This document shows, piece after piece, positions 40,301-55,300 of a stretch of 64,000 nucleotides of DNA. The stretch covers positions 16,802,001-16,866,000 of the forward strand of contig NC_092674.1 of assembly GCF_964355755.1 (NCBI RefSeq), in the 5' to 3' direction. Below the pieces are notes generated by a model, which saw nothing but the letters and a program-made list of their open reading frames with translations, was not told the DNA's origin and did not search any database. A program made the position numbers and the translations under genes. Positions within the stretch are counted from its first letter, which is position 1. Each line of letters opens with the position of its first letter. The stretch comes from Antedon mediterranea. Taxonomy: Eukaryota; Animalia; Echinodermata.

Positions 40301-43300
40301 GGTAAACAATAGAGGACGTGCTATGATTTAAAATTATATAGAGGGTGCTATATAAGCTAATATTAAGTTATACAAAAAATCTCGAGCATACATCATAATG
40401 GGAGTGGGATATCCAATACCAAATTTACTAGTCCTAGTCCTTTTCACCTCGTGGAGACATCGCCCGACTCTCTCTATTGACACATCAACACAACAACAAC
40501 AATACAATGTCACATGTGTGATGGGCTTGGCAGTTGATAGATGGCTGTTAATTTAAGAAATAAAGCCCTAATAAATGCTTTTGTTTAAATACTGGGAATC
40601 ATTATAAACAGTGCCAGGAGTGTTGTGAAATAACATGTTTGTTTTGGAAAAATGTTGTTTAATTTCAGTTATTTTAGATGAAAAATCTCTAGACTAGGCC
40701 CAGTTAGCCTAGACTTAAATCGTCCAGATTTTGTTTGGGAAATAACCAATTTTCGGGTAGGCATCTGAATAAAAAATTCAGGAAAATCGGAAAAACCCGC
40801 AAATTTCGGGGAACTTAGGACCTCTGATTTCAGGTTTTGAATTGTATTTCTTATCGCAGGAATTATATTCATCTGTGATTCTTTTTTATTTGCTGATATT
40901 TTCATATATGAATAAAGCATTTCTTTACAATACAAAAAGCCAAGAAAACTCATTCGTTGTCAAGAGCTAGTATGCAATGAATTTAGCAATAATGATACTG
41001 TACAAGCAATAAACATACCAAGTTGTCTTTTTGCTTCAGCCCATGTAGGATCACATCCTTTAAGTATCATGACTGCTTCCATGACCTTCTCTACCAGACC
41101 AGGTGGCTTGGCATACGATTTAATTTCTCCAACATCCTTCTTGTTTAAAGATTCCAGAGCCTAGAAATTAATGCATGCAACAATAAAACTAATAGTCCAC
41201 AGGAAAGAAACGGTTTTTGTAATGTATTCTTTGGACCCTAACACACAACTTTCAAAGTTAGAACATTTTTGGCCATGGGAAAGTAGCCTAATTTGGAGAA
41301 TTAAAAATGCAAATATAACCACCCCATATCTTGGAAACTGCTAGTAACAGAGAATTAATTATTGTGTGAAAATATTCTGAATATACATTGTATGAAAGTG
41401 CAAAAATATAAAAACTAACATTTAACATAAAATATGATGTTTTCTCTTCCTGTTAATCAATCATAGGTAATGAAAAGAGCATATTCATCATTTCATCAGT
41501 TGACATAAGGTCAAAGGTCAACATGTAATCACATTATTTGATCAGTAAATTAGTTAATTGTATTTCTTATATTTTTTTCTAGTGCACATTATTTAAAATG
41601 ATAATACTGTTACATAAATAATAAAATTAATAATACTAGAGGCTGAGCTCGCTCCCGGCCCTCTAGGAAGTGTAGACGATGGTTCTCGGAATGATAATGT
41701 TCTCCTTGTACGTTTTCTGTCGGTTACCATTATTGAAAATGCTTGACATTTGTAAAACTAAACTACCTTTATAGGGCGGAGGTGGGGAGGCGGAGTTCAT
41801 TTGAGGGAGGTGCTTATTCAAGGGATTTGTTAAATTTTTTAGTTTTAATAATATGGTAACATTTATAATCAAATGAAATCCTCTAATAGATATGAAATGC
41901 TCCCTTGTGTATAAAAGAGAGAAAATAGTTGAAACCAGGTTGTTGCGAGGTGAACTCATCGTGAACCCGGAAATTACTTTGACCACGAAGAATTGAAAAT
42001 GAGTTGAAAATCTACTGTTGAAATCATAAATTTTGTTAAAAAACTCTTTATAATATCTTCCTAAGATAGAAATATGGAACAATATCGTAATAGTGAAAAC
42101 TAATGTTATCAAATTTACATTTCACGGTACATATGAGATAGATCAGGTAGGTATACAAGGCAGAGATTTGTACCGAAATTTTTCCATTGTGCTCGCCTAT
42201 GTCAGAATTAACCATAATTTATATATAGATGACTGTTAAAATGTTATGCTGACTTTCAACGCAATAAGGCAATAAGGTCTACAATTCATTGGATTATTTC
42301 GATCTGTCAATCTGATATAGTAGGATCTGACGCAAATAATCATATGTGAATGGATATAGAATTTTTTTACATGAGAATTGTGAGAATTTAAGGCTCTAAC
42401 TAGGTTAGGCCAGGGCCAAGAAAAGCAAGCGTGGTTTTGAATACCATCACACCGGACCCTACCATCATGGACAGTGTCAAATGAAACTGCACTCACTGGG
42501 CCTACAATTATTGGAAATTGAGCCTAAGGATTACCGGAAATTTATCAATTTATAACTGGTGAGTTTATCTACAGAACAATATACTAGCAGTTTTGGATTC
42601 CTCTATTAATGTGAGATTTTACAGGAAAAATTGTTGGTAGCTTTTTCCTTTTTGCGCCAAACCATAATAATAGAGTTGCGGCATCACAATAGAGTTACGA
42701 CATCACAATAGAGTTACGACATCACAATAGAGTTACGTAATAGCCACAACGTTCGTACGTTGCTTTGTTTACAAACACTGGAGATGACATTCAACGGAAT
42801 TTTGACAGCTTTTTGCATCTACTTGACGATCTTACGTTACACAATAAACGTAACGAATGGAATTACGAATGATATCCCAGGTCCTACCTAAAAAAAGCGA
42901 AAAACTAAATCAAAACGATAAAGTAAAACAGCCAGAAAAGTTAGCAGAGCTTTCGGGCAACACTAGCCCTTCATCAATGCAAGTGAAGGAATTTGGATAA
43001 CGTCATAGCTATTTATAATGATATATTTAATTTCCTCAACAAATTGATGTAAATAAATATTGAGCTATAATAGGCATTGAATTTTGCGCTTTTTTCAGGG
43101 CTTCCCATAGATGTACGTTCACATTGAACTTGAACGTACAAACAAAATTCATGGAAACATTTGTATGAACAAAACTGTATCAAATTTTTGTCATGAGTAC
43201 TGATTTGTTGGGCTGTGATTTATGACGCCTAAGGGATCTAGACTTATTTTTTCAAATAAATGTACGTACCTATCAGATACACTTGTCTTGTGTCGTATAA

Positions 43301-46300
43301 CAAATAAGTACTGTAATAGTTACTTAAGTTAACTATTACAAAATCGTCAATGAAAACACAAATATGTTTATGTTTATTCACTTATTTATGATAACACATA
43401 CTATAAAGTTTCGTTTGTCTGTAAAATGATGTAATCAAGGTGTTTACAGGAGTAATTAAAAACCTAATTGTAATTTGGAGAAAAGAAACTACGAAGCATG
43501 TTTATGTTATGTTGTGTGCCGTTATGTTTTCACCATTGACAGCAATTGGAGTGGAGCTGTATCATGGAGGTTGGTGTTTGCCTTCCAATCCCAAGGTCCG
43601 CGGTTCATATATGGTTATAACTCACACTCTTTCAGTTGCACTGCCTGAGCTTCAAATGAGACGTAGTTTAACTGCATGATGCCTATTATATACTCTACGA
43701 TAATCATTTGATTTCATACCTTTTTATTTGATGTTGTATGTGTAGGCTTAATGAAGTTTATTTTGTAGCAGCGGATAAAACGTTGTCTTGTGATGGTGTG
43801 TGGACAAATCATCGTGAGTTCAAGTCTAAGTAGATGACTTTTGTTTATTTATCGCCATTTGTTGCCACGTGAAAATTACACAGTCAATATCATTGTACTC
43901 GAGAATTTGCTGGATTTTATATGTTTAATGACAGGGACACGATAATTACGCGATATTTACGATTTACGATCCTCGCAGCGGTAGTCATGTGATGCAGTTT
44001 CAACCAATCACGTATTTACATAGGCTATGTAATATTAAATAATAGAGACTGATTCTTTTAAAATGTTATGTAGTCCTAAATTTTACCTTGACAGCTTCTT
44101 GTAAAGCAGGCAATGCTTCAGCCAAATCTTGCTGAGCTGCATCTGCCATAGACTGACATCGAACCTCCTCCTCTGCAATCTTTTCACTTCTTGCTTGTAC
44201 AGACTGAATAAAAACAATAAAATACATGTTTGGACTACTACATGAGTTGAGAAAACCAACAATTAAATGTTATTGCCAAACAACTTCCACAAAATGCAAT
44301 TTTTAATTTGTTGAGGTTTTGTTTATCAAACAGTGACTATCTAGACAAAATATCATAGCGATTCTTATTAATACAATAGATTGGAAATAAATAATTTTTA
44401 AGTAATGAGATCTATTATAAGAACAGTTGGAACAATGTATTGATTGACGATTGTTTTATTTTTGGGTTTGTTTAAATATACATTTTCCAAGTAAGATATT
44501 AAGATAAAATATTGATATTTCCAAAAAAAACCAAACAGCCTGCTATTAACTTGTGTATGTAGAGATTCATCTGGTTTAGAAAAAAAAGCCTACTAAAACA
44601 GAAATTCCCTATCGAAAACAGAGATCCCCTATAAAGTGACCACTGTAGAACACAATATTGAGATGTTGAGTTGCATGTCTCTTTTTGAGATGTGTATGTG
44701 CGAGAATATTCATGTCGTACAGCTGCTATTAAATGGCACTCATTCGTCCACAATGACAGGGGCTGAGATACTATTCTGAAATGCACTGGGTTCTTTAAAG
44801 TGCACACAAGACCTTCACTATACTAGTCCTAATCCAAGAAGACTACCGCCAGAACAATGGTCAAGGAGAACCTTGAACCTGTGACAATTGTTTGAATATG
44901 ATTTGCGGTGCCCCTTCCTTAATTGCTGGGTCATTCGACTCAACTGAGATATCTCGAACACAAATGGTCTCTTTCGGGTTCGGGACAAGCTTTTTGAGAT
45001 TGAATGGTGATGGCAAATCCACTGAGAAAACTTGACATGAAAATCAGTTTGGACCAGTTTATGATGGCAAATATTTTTATGAAACTATACCTTCTGTTGT
45101 TCATCTGCTTCCCGCTTCTGCTGCACAATAATTACTAAGTATTCTTCACATTGTTTTTGGAATTCAGCAACTTTAGTCTTGGCATCTTCAAGTTCTACAG
45201 ACATTACTTCTACTTTAGCTCTGGTTTCATCAATCTTTTGCAATCCATTTCTCAGTTTGTTTGCAGCATCACCGAGATCTTTTCTTTTTTCACTCAACAG
45301 CCTAAGTTATTAACAAGTGTTATTTTATATAATATTATAACAATACTGTACATGCTCATTTTTGCGATTTTCTAATTGGCCTTACGTATAACAATAGAAT
45401 GGATTTTGTAATAATATCTTCTAGTAACACCTAATAAAAAAAATTGAAAATCCATTTTTTGTTCATGTTATTGTTAAGGAGGACCTTAGTACTGTATCAA
45501 ATTGTGAACACTCCCTAATCACCATAAATTTGTTTTAAATCCAAATTATTTATCTTCCCAATAATTTATTTAACTGGTTTTTATTACTGTAGATCGTTAA
45601 AAATGGTACAGGAATATGTATCAATTTTAAAAATAAAACTACAAAATTAATTACTAAAACGTATTCTTAACCTATTTTTCAAAAGATGAGAGAAAATACT
45701 TTACATAAACTGTAACATGCAATATAGTGCTTTTCTGTTTAAAAACACAAAATTAATTTCATACAAAAATATATTTCTAAATTATACAAAACATTTACAA
45801 ACAAGGTTAAGGTAATTATAATCTGTGACTTACACTTTGTAGCCTGTAACCAATTCTAGATAGTTTGTAGGTGTCACATAGTTGTGTCTTTTTAGCTCAA
45901 ACAATAATTTGCGAGAACTTTCAACAACAGATCGGTGAATTGTGCAAAATATCTGTGCTACATTTGTTTTTATCTAAGGAAGTAACAACACTGAATGAAT
46001 TAGAAAATGATTTGCTATAAATAACATTGTGGTATGGAAAAAAGTGATACGGTACAATGTTTTGACATTCTTCCAGTAGGAGGTTGGAAATAACTGACAG
46101 AGTTTACTAACTTCTTCAGCTTCCCCTATATCTATTGTCTCTAGATATTTTTCAGCAACCTCTATGAGTGCTTCCTTAGGCCACTCGGTAAACCAATCAA
46201 TTGTGGTACAGTTCACAAATGCTGGATACATACGAATACGATTTCTAAAAAAAGAAGATAACATCCATTTAGATAGTAATCATACTATAAAGATTTGACA

Positions 46301-49300
46301 TTTCCAGTTGATTTCTACTTCAATTATATTTTGTTTACTGCATGCCAACCATACTTATCACAAGGTTTGAAACCTTCATTTCCATACAGATTGAAGTACA
46401 AACATTTAATAACTTGATATTAAACAATAAATCATGAAACAATGCGCTATTAGCAAATCAGCAGCATGTTAGAAAGCAGGTTAAAAAACATGGTTTTCTG
46501 CAAAAATAGAGGGTTTATAATGTGTTCTCTAAAAAAAATATTGCAAAGCTCTCCACACAAAATATCTCAAAAAGAGGAAACCTAGAACTACCATCCCGGA
46601 GTATTAGGTCATCCCTAAGTATAAGTCAACCAGCCAACCTTGGACTGGATTACTGTTATTGACAATCATTACTTAATTACATAATAAATTGGTCCAACTT
46701 GTACACTGAAAACAAACTTTTAGTAAACATACTATTTTGTGATAATGTACCAGAAACGTCCGAGATATTATGCCAAGACAGGACTGTGAAACGGGCGATG
46801 AACCAAGAGTGTAGTCCAAAATAAATTGGAGCTCAGAAGGCAAAAATGCAAAACAGTGTTGTGAAAATGGCTGATACTGTAGTCGAGAGCAAAATATGTG
46901 TGGTCCTATTACGCATATAGTAGTAGTAGGGACTAGGATGGTTAGGGAGAGGACGGAGATTCTGTGTTCGCAACATAGCCGTTTTATTAGTTACGCACCC
47001 TTGCTCATGAAGACGACAAGTCAGAGAAAACATGCCTCTTACTACTATTAGTTCACTATTAGTAATAGACCATAGGGGCCTCCTAGATAGTACTAATGGC
47101 AGTTGTAGTAAGCTACTAGTAGCTATAGGTATATTGATAGGCAATTGTATGAACTTAAAAAATTATGTTTTTAGTACTATATTTTGTATATCAACATTGT
47201 AAAATTCAATCAAATATGATATTACATACTTATTAAATAAAACGCAGTGGCTGTATCTACGCCTAGTCGTAGATCCAAGCTAGATTCTCTATCTACGCCT
47301 ATTGACCCGATTGGGCCAAGGCTCTCTTTCTCGGGCCTCCGGCCCTCGTAACCTAAAAAAACATGTCCATTCAGCCATCGAGCTGGCTTACAATCCACTG
47401 ATATCATAACATATTAGTATTTTATTATCCACTGATATCATAACATATTAGTATTTTATTATCCACTGATATCATAACATATTAGTATTTTATTATCCAC
47501 TGATATCATAACATATTAGTATTTTATTATCCACTGATATCATAACATATTAGTATTTTATTATCCACTGATATCATAACATATTAGTATTTTATTATCC
47601 ACTGATATCATAACATATTAGTATTTTATTATCCACTGATATCATAACATATTAGTATTTTATTATCCATTGATATCATAACATATTAGTATTTTATTAA
47701 AAACTATAAGGGGCGCGATATCGGCGTAAATATAGAATCTAGGATTGGATTTACGACTAGGCGTAGAGGCAGCCAGTTCGTAAATAAAAAGTGTTTTTAT
47801 TTAACCTCATTCAAAGAATTTCAATACACGCGTGTTGGACATGCAGCAGTCCTCAGAGACAACGGCACACATGTGAGAAAATTCTTCTGCAGTCTGTTGA
47901 TTCGCGTCAACCAATCAAAAGGCGAGAATCCAAAATCATTCAACCGTGAGCCCTCATAGACTCTCTTTTCCCAGACGTTTTTTGGGTCCAGCAGCTTGGA
48001 TCAATTAGTCGAGTTTATAAAATATTAAAACTGTCAGCCTTAGATATACAGCTTTCGCGATGATAAAGCTTCTTATTGATTATGTCCTCTGGAGTTTTAG
48101 CTGACAGAATTTCATGCTAAGCTTCGGCCACTTTGTTAAATCTCTTGCATAAATTATTCTAAGCACCGTCCTGTGGCTTCTTGTCCTGTTGCGTAAAGTC
48201 CCTAGTTACTCTAGTAGCTAGATCAACTTTCGTATGCACTTTGAGGTCCAGAGAATTTGACTTCAGAAATTGGTTTAGGGTGGTCAAACAATCATTTTTG
48301 GCTTGGTTACACATTTTGAAAATGTGGCGAAAGGTCAAAAGGTCAGGGTCAAAGGTTATAAGATCAAACACCATTATGTCCTTAAATCTCGACAACCACT
48401 GGTCACAGCGAGGTAATTTTGGTCTCAAATTGATCAGAAGGTATACATTCATATTCAGTCTAATGAAACATTTTAGTCGAAAACGATCGGAAATGCCATT
48501 TGACCCATAAACCAGGGCATGTCTGTATCTCCGAAACTATTGGCCGTAGAGACTTGAATTTGGGCTCAAATTGTTCGAAATATACATTTAGTTATTTGTT
48601 ACACATTTTGAACAATGTTACAAAAGGTCAAAAGGTCAAGGCCAGGGGTTATATGAATAAACACAAATAGGTATTTGTATCTCGGCAACCACTGGTCACA
48701 GCGAGTAAATTTTGGTCTCAAAATGTTCAGAAGGTATACATTCATATTCAGTCTAATGAAACATTTTGTAAAAAATGACCGGAAATGACATTTCTGACCT
48801 TTGACATACATACCAGGGCATCTTCTTATCTCTGTAAGTACAGGTCGTAGAAACTTAAATTTAGTATCAAATTGTTAGAAATACACATATTTACATTCAT
48901 TCTAACAGAAAATTTGGATAAAAGATGATCATAAATACTATTAATTACTAATCTTTTAAATGAAAAACATATCTACCCAACTTATCATTAGACAGTAATG
49001 TTATGCAATAATTGATGCTTAATGATTTCCTTATACTGTAGGAATTAAAACAAATCCTTTACTGTTTGTAATAATTGTACTTTTGCTTATAATAATGCTA
49101 GAAATTATTGTTGACCCCCGAACGTTCAAACATTTTGAGAATGCTAGAAGTAATTTACTGTAGTTACCCGAATAAAAGCCTCGGGCATTTATTTATTCAG
49201 GGAAGGCGTTTATTTTGTTGGGTGTAATAATGGTAACATGTATAATCAACTAAATACACCCCAGATATATATATAAAAAAAATATATATATATAATAACG

Positions 49301-52300
49301 GGATTAAACCTCATTCTATCCTGGAGGAAGTACAATCATGTAATAAAAGGTATCGGAGACCACAATAATATATTATTACGTAACACTGTTGCATAATAGT
49401 TTTGAATGTCAACGACAAAACTTATACATATACACGTCTGTTCCCAGTGTAGATAATAAAACAATATATATTTCTGGAGATTTATTATCAATACCACTAG
49501 AAACTTTGACATGTTTTAGGTACTGAAAGCATTGACAATAAAACCATCAGAAGTTTATCATGATAAAATCATACTACAACACTGTACTACAGTACACAAG
49601 GGTGTTTTCAGGAAAGCTGGACATATTGTACAATAGTAATGAAACTATGTATTGGCATTTAAAACTATGCAAAAGATTGTTGTCAAATTGTAGTTACAAA
49701 CAAATAGATGATAGAATGAAGATCCATTATGAGTGCAATCGTGTCAGGATAATGATGTGTCATTGTTTTATATCATTATACTGGCACATGGAGGGGAAGA
49801 TCCATTTAATGGAATCTATCACTTTTATCTTAAAAGACAGAAACATTTCGTTAAAAAGCATAAAGAGGAAAACGAATCATGTAAATACCTTTTATCAGTT
49901 GAGAAAGGAAATACAATTATTAAAATTAGAGTATTCCTTCAAACTAGATGGTACGCTCGCGTACCATCTAGGTCGTGCCCACAGATGGTTCTCGAATACA
50001 TAATAATTTCAGCGTTAAAGAACTGGCGATTTCAAATGTACGTACCGCAGGACAATAAAACATGTCGTTTACAGGAACGAATAAATAGACAATTTATGTA
50101 CTCAACTAAAATTAGCACCCTGGGAATTACTTCCGAAAGAGAAACTTGTCACAAAATGAGACACATTGTTTAGGTCAAATTTAAACAAACTTAATTTGTG
50201 TTTTGTATGTAACATTAGGGTTGAGGGATGGGGAAGAGGATGGGTGCAAAGAAGAACAATTTTTAAATATATTCTTTATCCATTTAGTAACGAAATATTA
50301 ATTGTTTTCATGTTTTACAAATAATATACCACTATACATAGTAAAACATTGCGATTTAATACTTTGTTGAAACTATCACCGTCGATTGAAATAGTATAGT
50401 ACATGTAACGATACATCACTACGACGTGTATATGTTTATATAATTTAAAACAATTTGTGAAAACCACCTCTATTCGGGCAAAATCATAAATTCGATTTAA
50501 TGGTCAATAAATATTAAATTATCTAACTCAACTTAATTAGTAGGCATAATGGTTTTCAATTGTTTCTTAGAGCCAATTCATACTTAAGTTGGTTCCTACC
50601 CTACCCTCCAAAGTTGTTCTGCGTTTAGTTAGGGCATGTGATGTAGCGTAGGCCCATCCTCTACTGGTTTTACAACGCTACTCATGCCAGTGAGGGAAGG
50701 GTGGTGATGTGGGTGGTTTAACTGCAATAATAAAGATGTGTACATAATATACGGCGAGTGAAAGCGCTAGCTCATTATCTGTTTTAAAAAATGTATATCC
50801 AACCTCTGCAGCACAGATTGAAATGGTTGGGTTGGTTGGAAAAAAAATGGATCGAATTTCTGTTATGAGTATACAGTACTTGCCTTTACGATGCCTGAGG
50901 GAATAGACACTTGTGGAACAGAGATTGGAATGTTCCATTCATCGCAAATCAATACATTTGTATAAACGTATATTAAATCTATCAAAATAGTATTTTTTTT
51001 TACAAAATCGGCCTGTCTTCAACATTATGATGCTGTACTCAAGCTGTTCAACCGGTTTTCAGCCATTAAAAACAATTATCGTAGGAGGAGATAGGAAAAT
51101 GCGAAGCATCCTCGTATTATTGTCTGCGGGTATTTTTCAAGACGGACATCCATTAGACAGTGTATACCGCGATCGAAAAACACCCCTATTTGGGGCAAAT
51201 CGTTGAACCTAAATTCGTTTTAATCGTCAATAACTAATTATCGAACTCAATTTAATTAGTAAACAGGGTTACATCAGGTGGTTAAAATCAGTACCGAAAG
51301 TACGAACCAACTTTATATACCATCGAGTAAACATTCTAGAAATAACGCGCGATTTACCGAATTTTGCCCTTACGTAAATTTATATATAGATAAACGCCAC
51401 CATTCTCTCAAATAGAACACCATGTGGAATAAACGCCCCGCCACATGCATTTACACAATAATTGTATCACGTCAACACATTTCATTAACTACCATAATCT
51501 ACAATTTACCAAGCATTTTGACATAATTTTATCACTTTTTGATATTAATTGTGCAGTATTTGTTTACATCTAGGTGGTATTTATTTGATTATACATGTTC
51601 CCATATTATACCCCAAATAAAGATGTCTCCTTTACCCCTAAAAACCATTTTGAACAATAAATTCCTGGGGCGTTTAATCGGATACATATGACAAGTTACT
51701 TCTAGCATTCTGAAAAGAACTGTTGAGCTTAACGTTTCTATCTATTTTCTATTGTACAGCGCTTTGGTCACTTGGAAAAGCGCTATATAAATCCAAAATT
51801 AAATTAAAATTAAAATTATCAAAATGTCCTCGGGGACAGCAATAACTAGTACTTGAAATTAAAACAATTTAAAGTATCAGTTATTGCATAACATTACTGT
51901 CTAAGGATAAGTTGTGTAGATAAGTTTTTTGTTTGAAACATTATTAAAAGTGTTTCTGTTCATCTTTTAACCACATTTTCTATTACAATGAATGTAAATA
52001 TGTATATTTCGAACAATTTGATACCAAATTTAAGTTTCTACGACCTGTACTTACAGAGATATGAAGATGCCCTGGTATGTGGGTCAAAGGTCAGAAATGG
52101 CATTTCTTATCATTTTTTACTAAAATGCCCCATTAGATGGAATATAAATGCATGCCTTCTGAACATTTTGAGACCAAAATTGACTTGCTGCGACCAGTGG
52201 TTGCCGAGATAAAAGTACCTTTTTTTATTTGTTCAAATAACCCTTGACCTTGATCCTTTGACCTTTTGTAACATTTTTAAAAATGTGTAACAAATAACAA

Positions 52301-55300
52301 AACATATATTTCGAACAATTTAAAACCAAATTCAAGTGTCTACGACCAGTAGTTACGGAGATACATACATGCCCTGGGTTGTGGGTCAAAGGTCATAAAT
52401 GGCATTTCCGGTCATTTTTTACTAAAATTTCCCATTAGACTGAATATAAATGTATACCTTCTGATTAATTTAAGACCAAAATTACCTCGTTGTGACCAGT
52501 GGTTGTTGAGATTTAAGGACATATTTATGTTTGGTCTTATGACCTTTCACCTTGACCTTTCGCCACATTTTCGAAATGTGTAACCAAGCCAAATATGATT
52601 GTTTGACCACCCTAAACCAATTTCTGAAGTCAAATTCTCTGGACCTCAAAGTGCATACGAAAGTTGATCTAGCTACTAGAGTAAGTATGTTCATTTTTTT
52701 TTACCTTTGAATACTAAAATTCCAGGGATGATTGAAATAATAGATATAATATATCTTAAAACTGTTTTCATCTGAGTAGACTATCGATGCCGACCACATG
52801 CTGCTTGTTTGCCATATACTGTTAAAAGGGTATTTTCCATAATGGACTGTTCTGCGACACAATTGTGTTCAAACAATCGCCATTTTGTTTTGACATTCAA
52901 AAAACAATAGCTATAGTCATTGGTGTGACATAAACATGTGTTTGTTTGAAAGGTGTTTTGAAATGGTGCTCTAGCTTATGAATATTATTATTGAGGTGAA
53001 ATAATTAGAACTGTTGATTTTCAAACACGTTTGAAAGGCGGCACAAAATCTGTACATGTTCTTGTTGTTGCAAAAAAATGACATATTTCTATAAAAAGTG
53101 GATACAACCTACCTGAAAGGATCTCCAACAGGACTCATACATAGAACAACGTGTAAATTACTACGCACACGCTCTATAAAGTATGCAAACATAATTTCAG
53201 GGGTGTCTTGAATACCATCCTTTTTGGCCTCTTCTGAGAGGGATGTACGAACCTCTTCAAATTCATCTGACTTGTAAAGATTTGGAACCTCACCGCTACT
53301 GAGAATGTTATTGATGTCTTCGAGAAATGACTCATCTACAACTTGAGTGTCATTAAAAAGGAAAATAGTAGGCTTGTTTTCAACTCCTGCCTGCATGTAC
53401 AATCGTTTCAGATCTGACAAAAACATAATATCATTTAAGAATCAGTAGAAAACAAAATATTTTTATTTATTAAAATTAGAAACAACAACCTGCTTATAAT
53501 CAAATTCAGCGCGAGTACTTCGGAGGGCTATTACACTTTATATATTTGCATTATTGCCAGCGACCTAAACAATAGGTACACTTGTCTGGCGGTGTCCCTT
53601 TGTCAGTCGGGCAGCAGATTGGATGACCTCACAAATTATTCAAAATTTGAATTGCCGCCATCTTGGAATAGTAGTTCGAAAATACAAAATGTAGCAAAAG
53701 TAACCTTCAATAAAATTTGAAAAACAAATTCATAAAATTAAATTTATATTAATAAAATTCACAAAGGGGTTTACGAAAGAGGCTAATTCAGAAATACTGC
53801 CAAGATCTGTTCCCCAATACGACGTAGGGGAACTCAGTGCTGAAATCAGATTTTACTTATTAAACATGCTTGAACCAAAGGCATTTCAATATATATTATC
53901 CAGATTATATATAAAAACTAGAAAGCCACTCCGAGAGTGCATACCTCCGCCTACTGTAAAATTCTCCTACATAAGATTTCTCCGGTAAAAAAAATATATA
54001 TACAGTATATTTGTGTGTGTCTTAATGCTGTTTGTGATTTAGGCTAATTTCACTACAAGCATGTGTATGCGAGTTTGGTGTAATGGTTATGTAACAAGCC
54101 TTTCAATTAACAATAGCTTCAGTTGACTAACAATAGAACAGCAACGCGAAAATCAAACAAGTGAATTTGAAAAGAAAATAGGTTTTTTAAACTACTGGCA
54201 TAAAAAATGTGAACATTAAATCAAATTATGTTTTAAAATTACAAATCACAAATTATAACTCTTGCCTCTTGTACAAAAATGAAGTTTTTTTGGACAAGTA
54301 GTTCTCGAGAAAATGCAATTTCAGTATACTTGTTACTTTAAGACTGCTCGCCGGCTTTTGAAAAATTCTGTCCTATCTTTTAACACTAGCAGGTCTGAAA
54401 AGTATACTAAAAAGTGGTCCAGAATTGGGAAAATGGTCCCAAAATTTAATGGAATGGTCCTTGACCACATATCTATCTGTATATTCATTTTGGTAACGAT
54501 CTTGTAATTACTTTTTTAGTAATCCTGCTAACAAACAAACAAACAAACACACACTACCGATTACATATACCTCCTTGGCGGAGGTAAACAAACTGATAAA
54601 AGGATTTGATGATTTGCTTATGAGAAAGTGCCGCATTCATTTCGCTAATGGCGAATTTTTTTATAATTCAAATTTGATCGCTTATTTTCCTTTACCCAAG
54701 AAGAAGTACAAATACAGTAATTTATTTAAATTCCTAATACAGAATTATTACATACAGTAACAATATATATCAGTTAGTTGACTTTACAAAATATTAAAAC
54801 TGTCAGCCTTAGATATATAGCTTTCACGATGATAAAGCTTCTTATTATGTCCTCTGGGGCTAAATCCGCGGTACGAAAACCTACTAATAAACATCATTGG
54901 GTACATTAAATGGTTCAAAAACTGATTACACTTCTGATATTGAAGGAAATTATTCAACCACACGGCCTGTATTAAACATACAAATTCAAGATGGCATCTG
55001 CTTAGAATATATTCCAAGCTTTGAACGGACATTGAATCCGTCTTAAAAGGTGAATCAAGCTTTAACTTTCAGAAAAGATAGATCAATAATCTAATAACCA
55101 ACCACTAAGTTTTTATAAAGGTTTCGTGCTGATGAGAAAAGTGCCGGATTCCTTACGAAACCAAAAAAATAAATCCTGTAACGTACGCACACCTCCAGCT
55201 GCACTTTTTTCTTCCTTAAGCTCTGTCGTCTTTTCCTGGGCTATTTATACCAAAATTTGTGGCGGGAATAATCTTCCATATTAGGAATGTCAATTCCCAA

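Noticed and set aside
47393-47698. 34-bp repeats of CRISPR-like length
   Set aside because: Units are head-to-tail with no spacers, there are no cas genes, and the context is a eukaryotic intron
48159-52694. Related short ORFs in the foldback arms (MNVYLL..RCDQWLPR)
   Set aside because: The similarity comes from the DNA subrepeats; frames and stops are not conserved between arms
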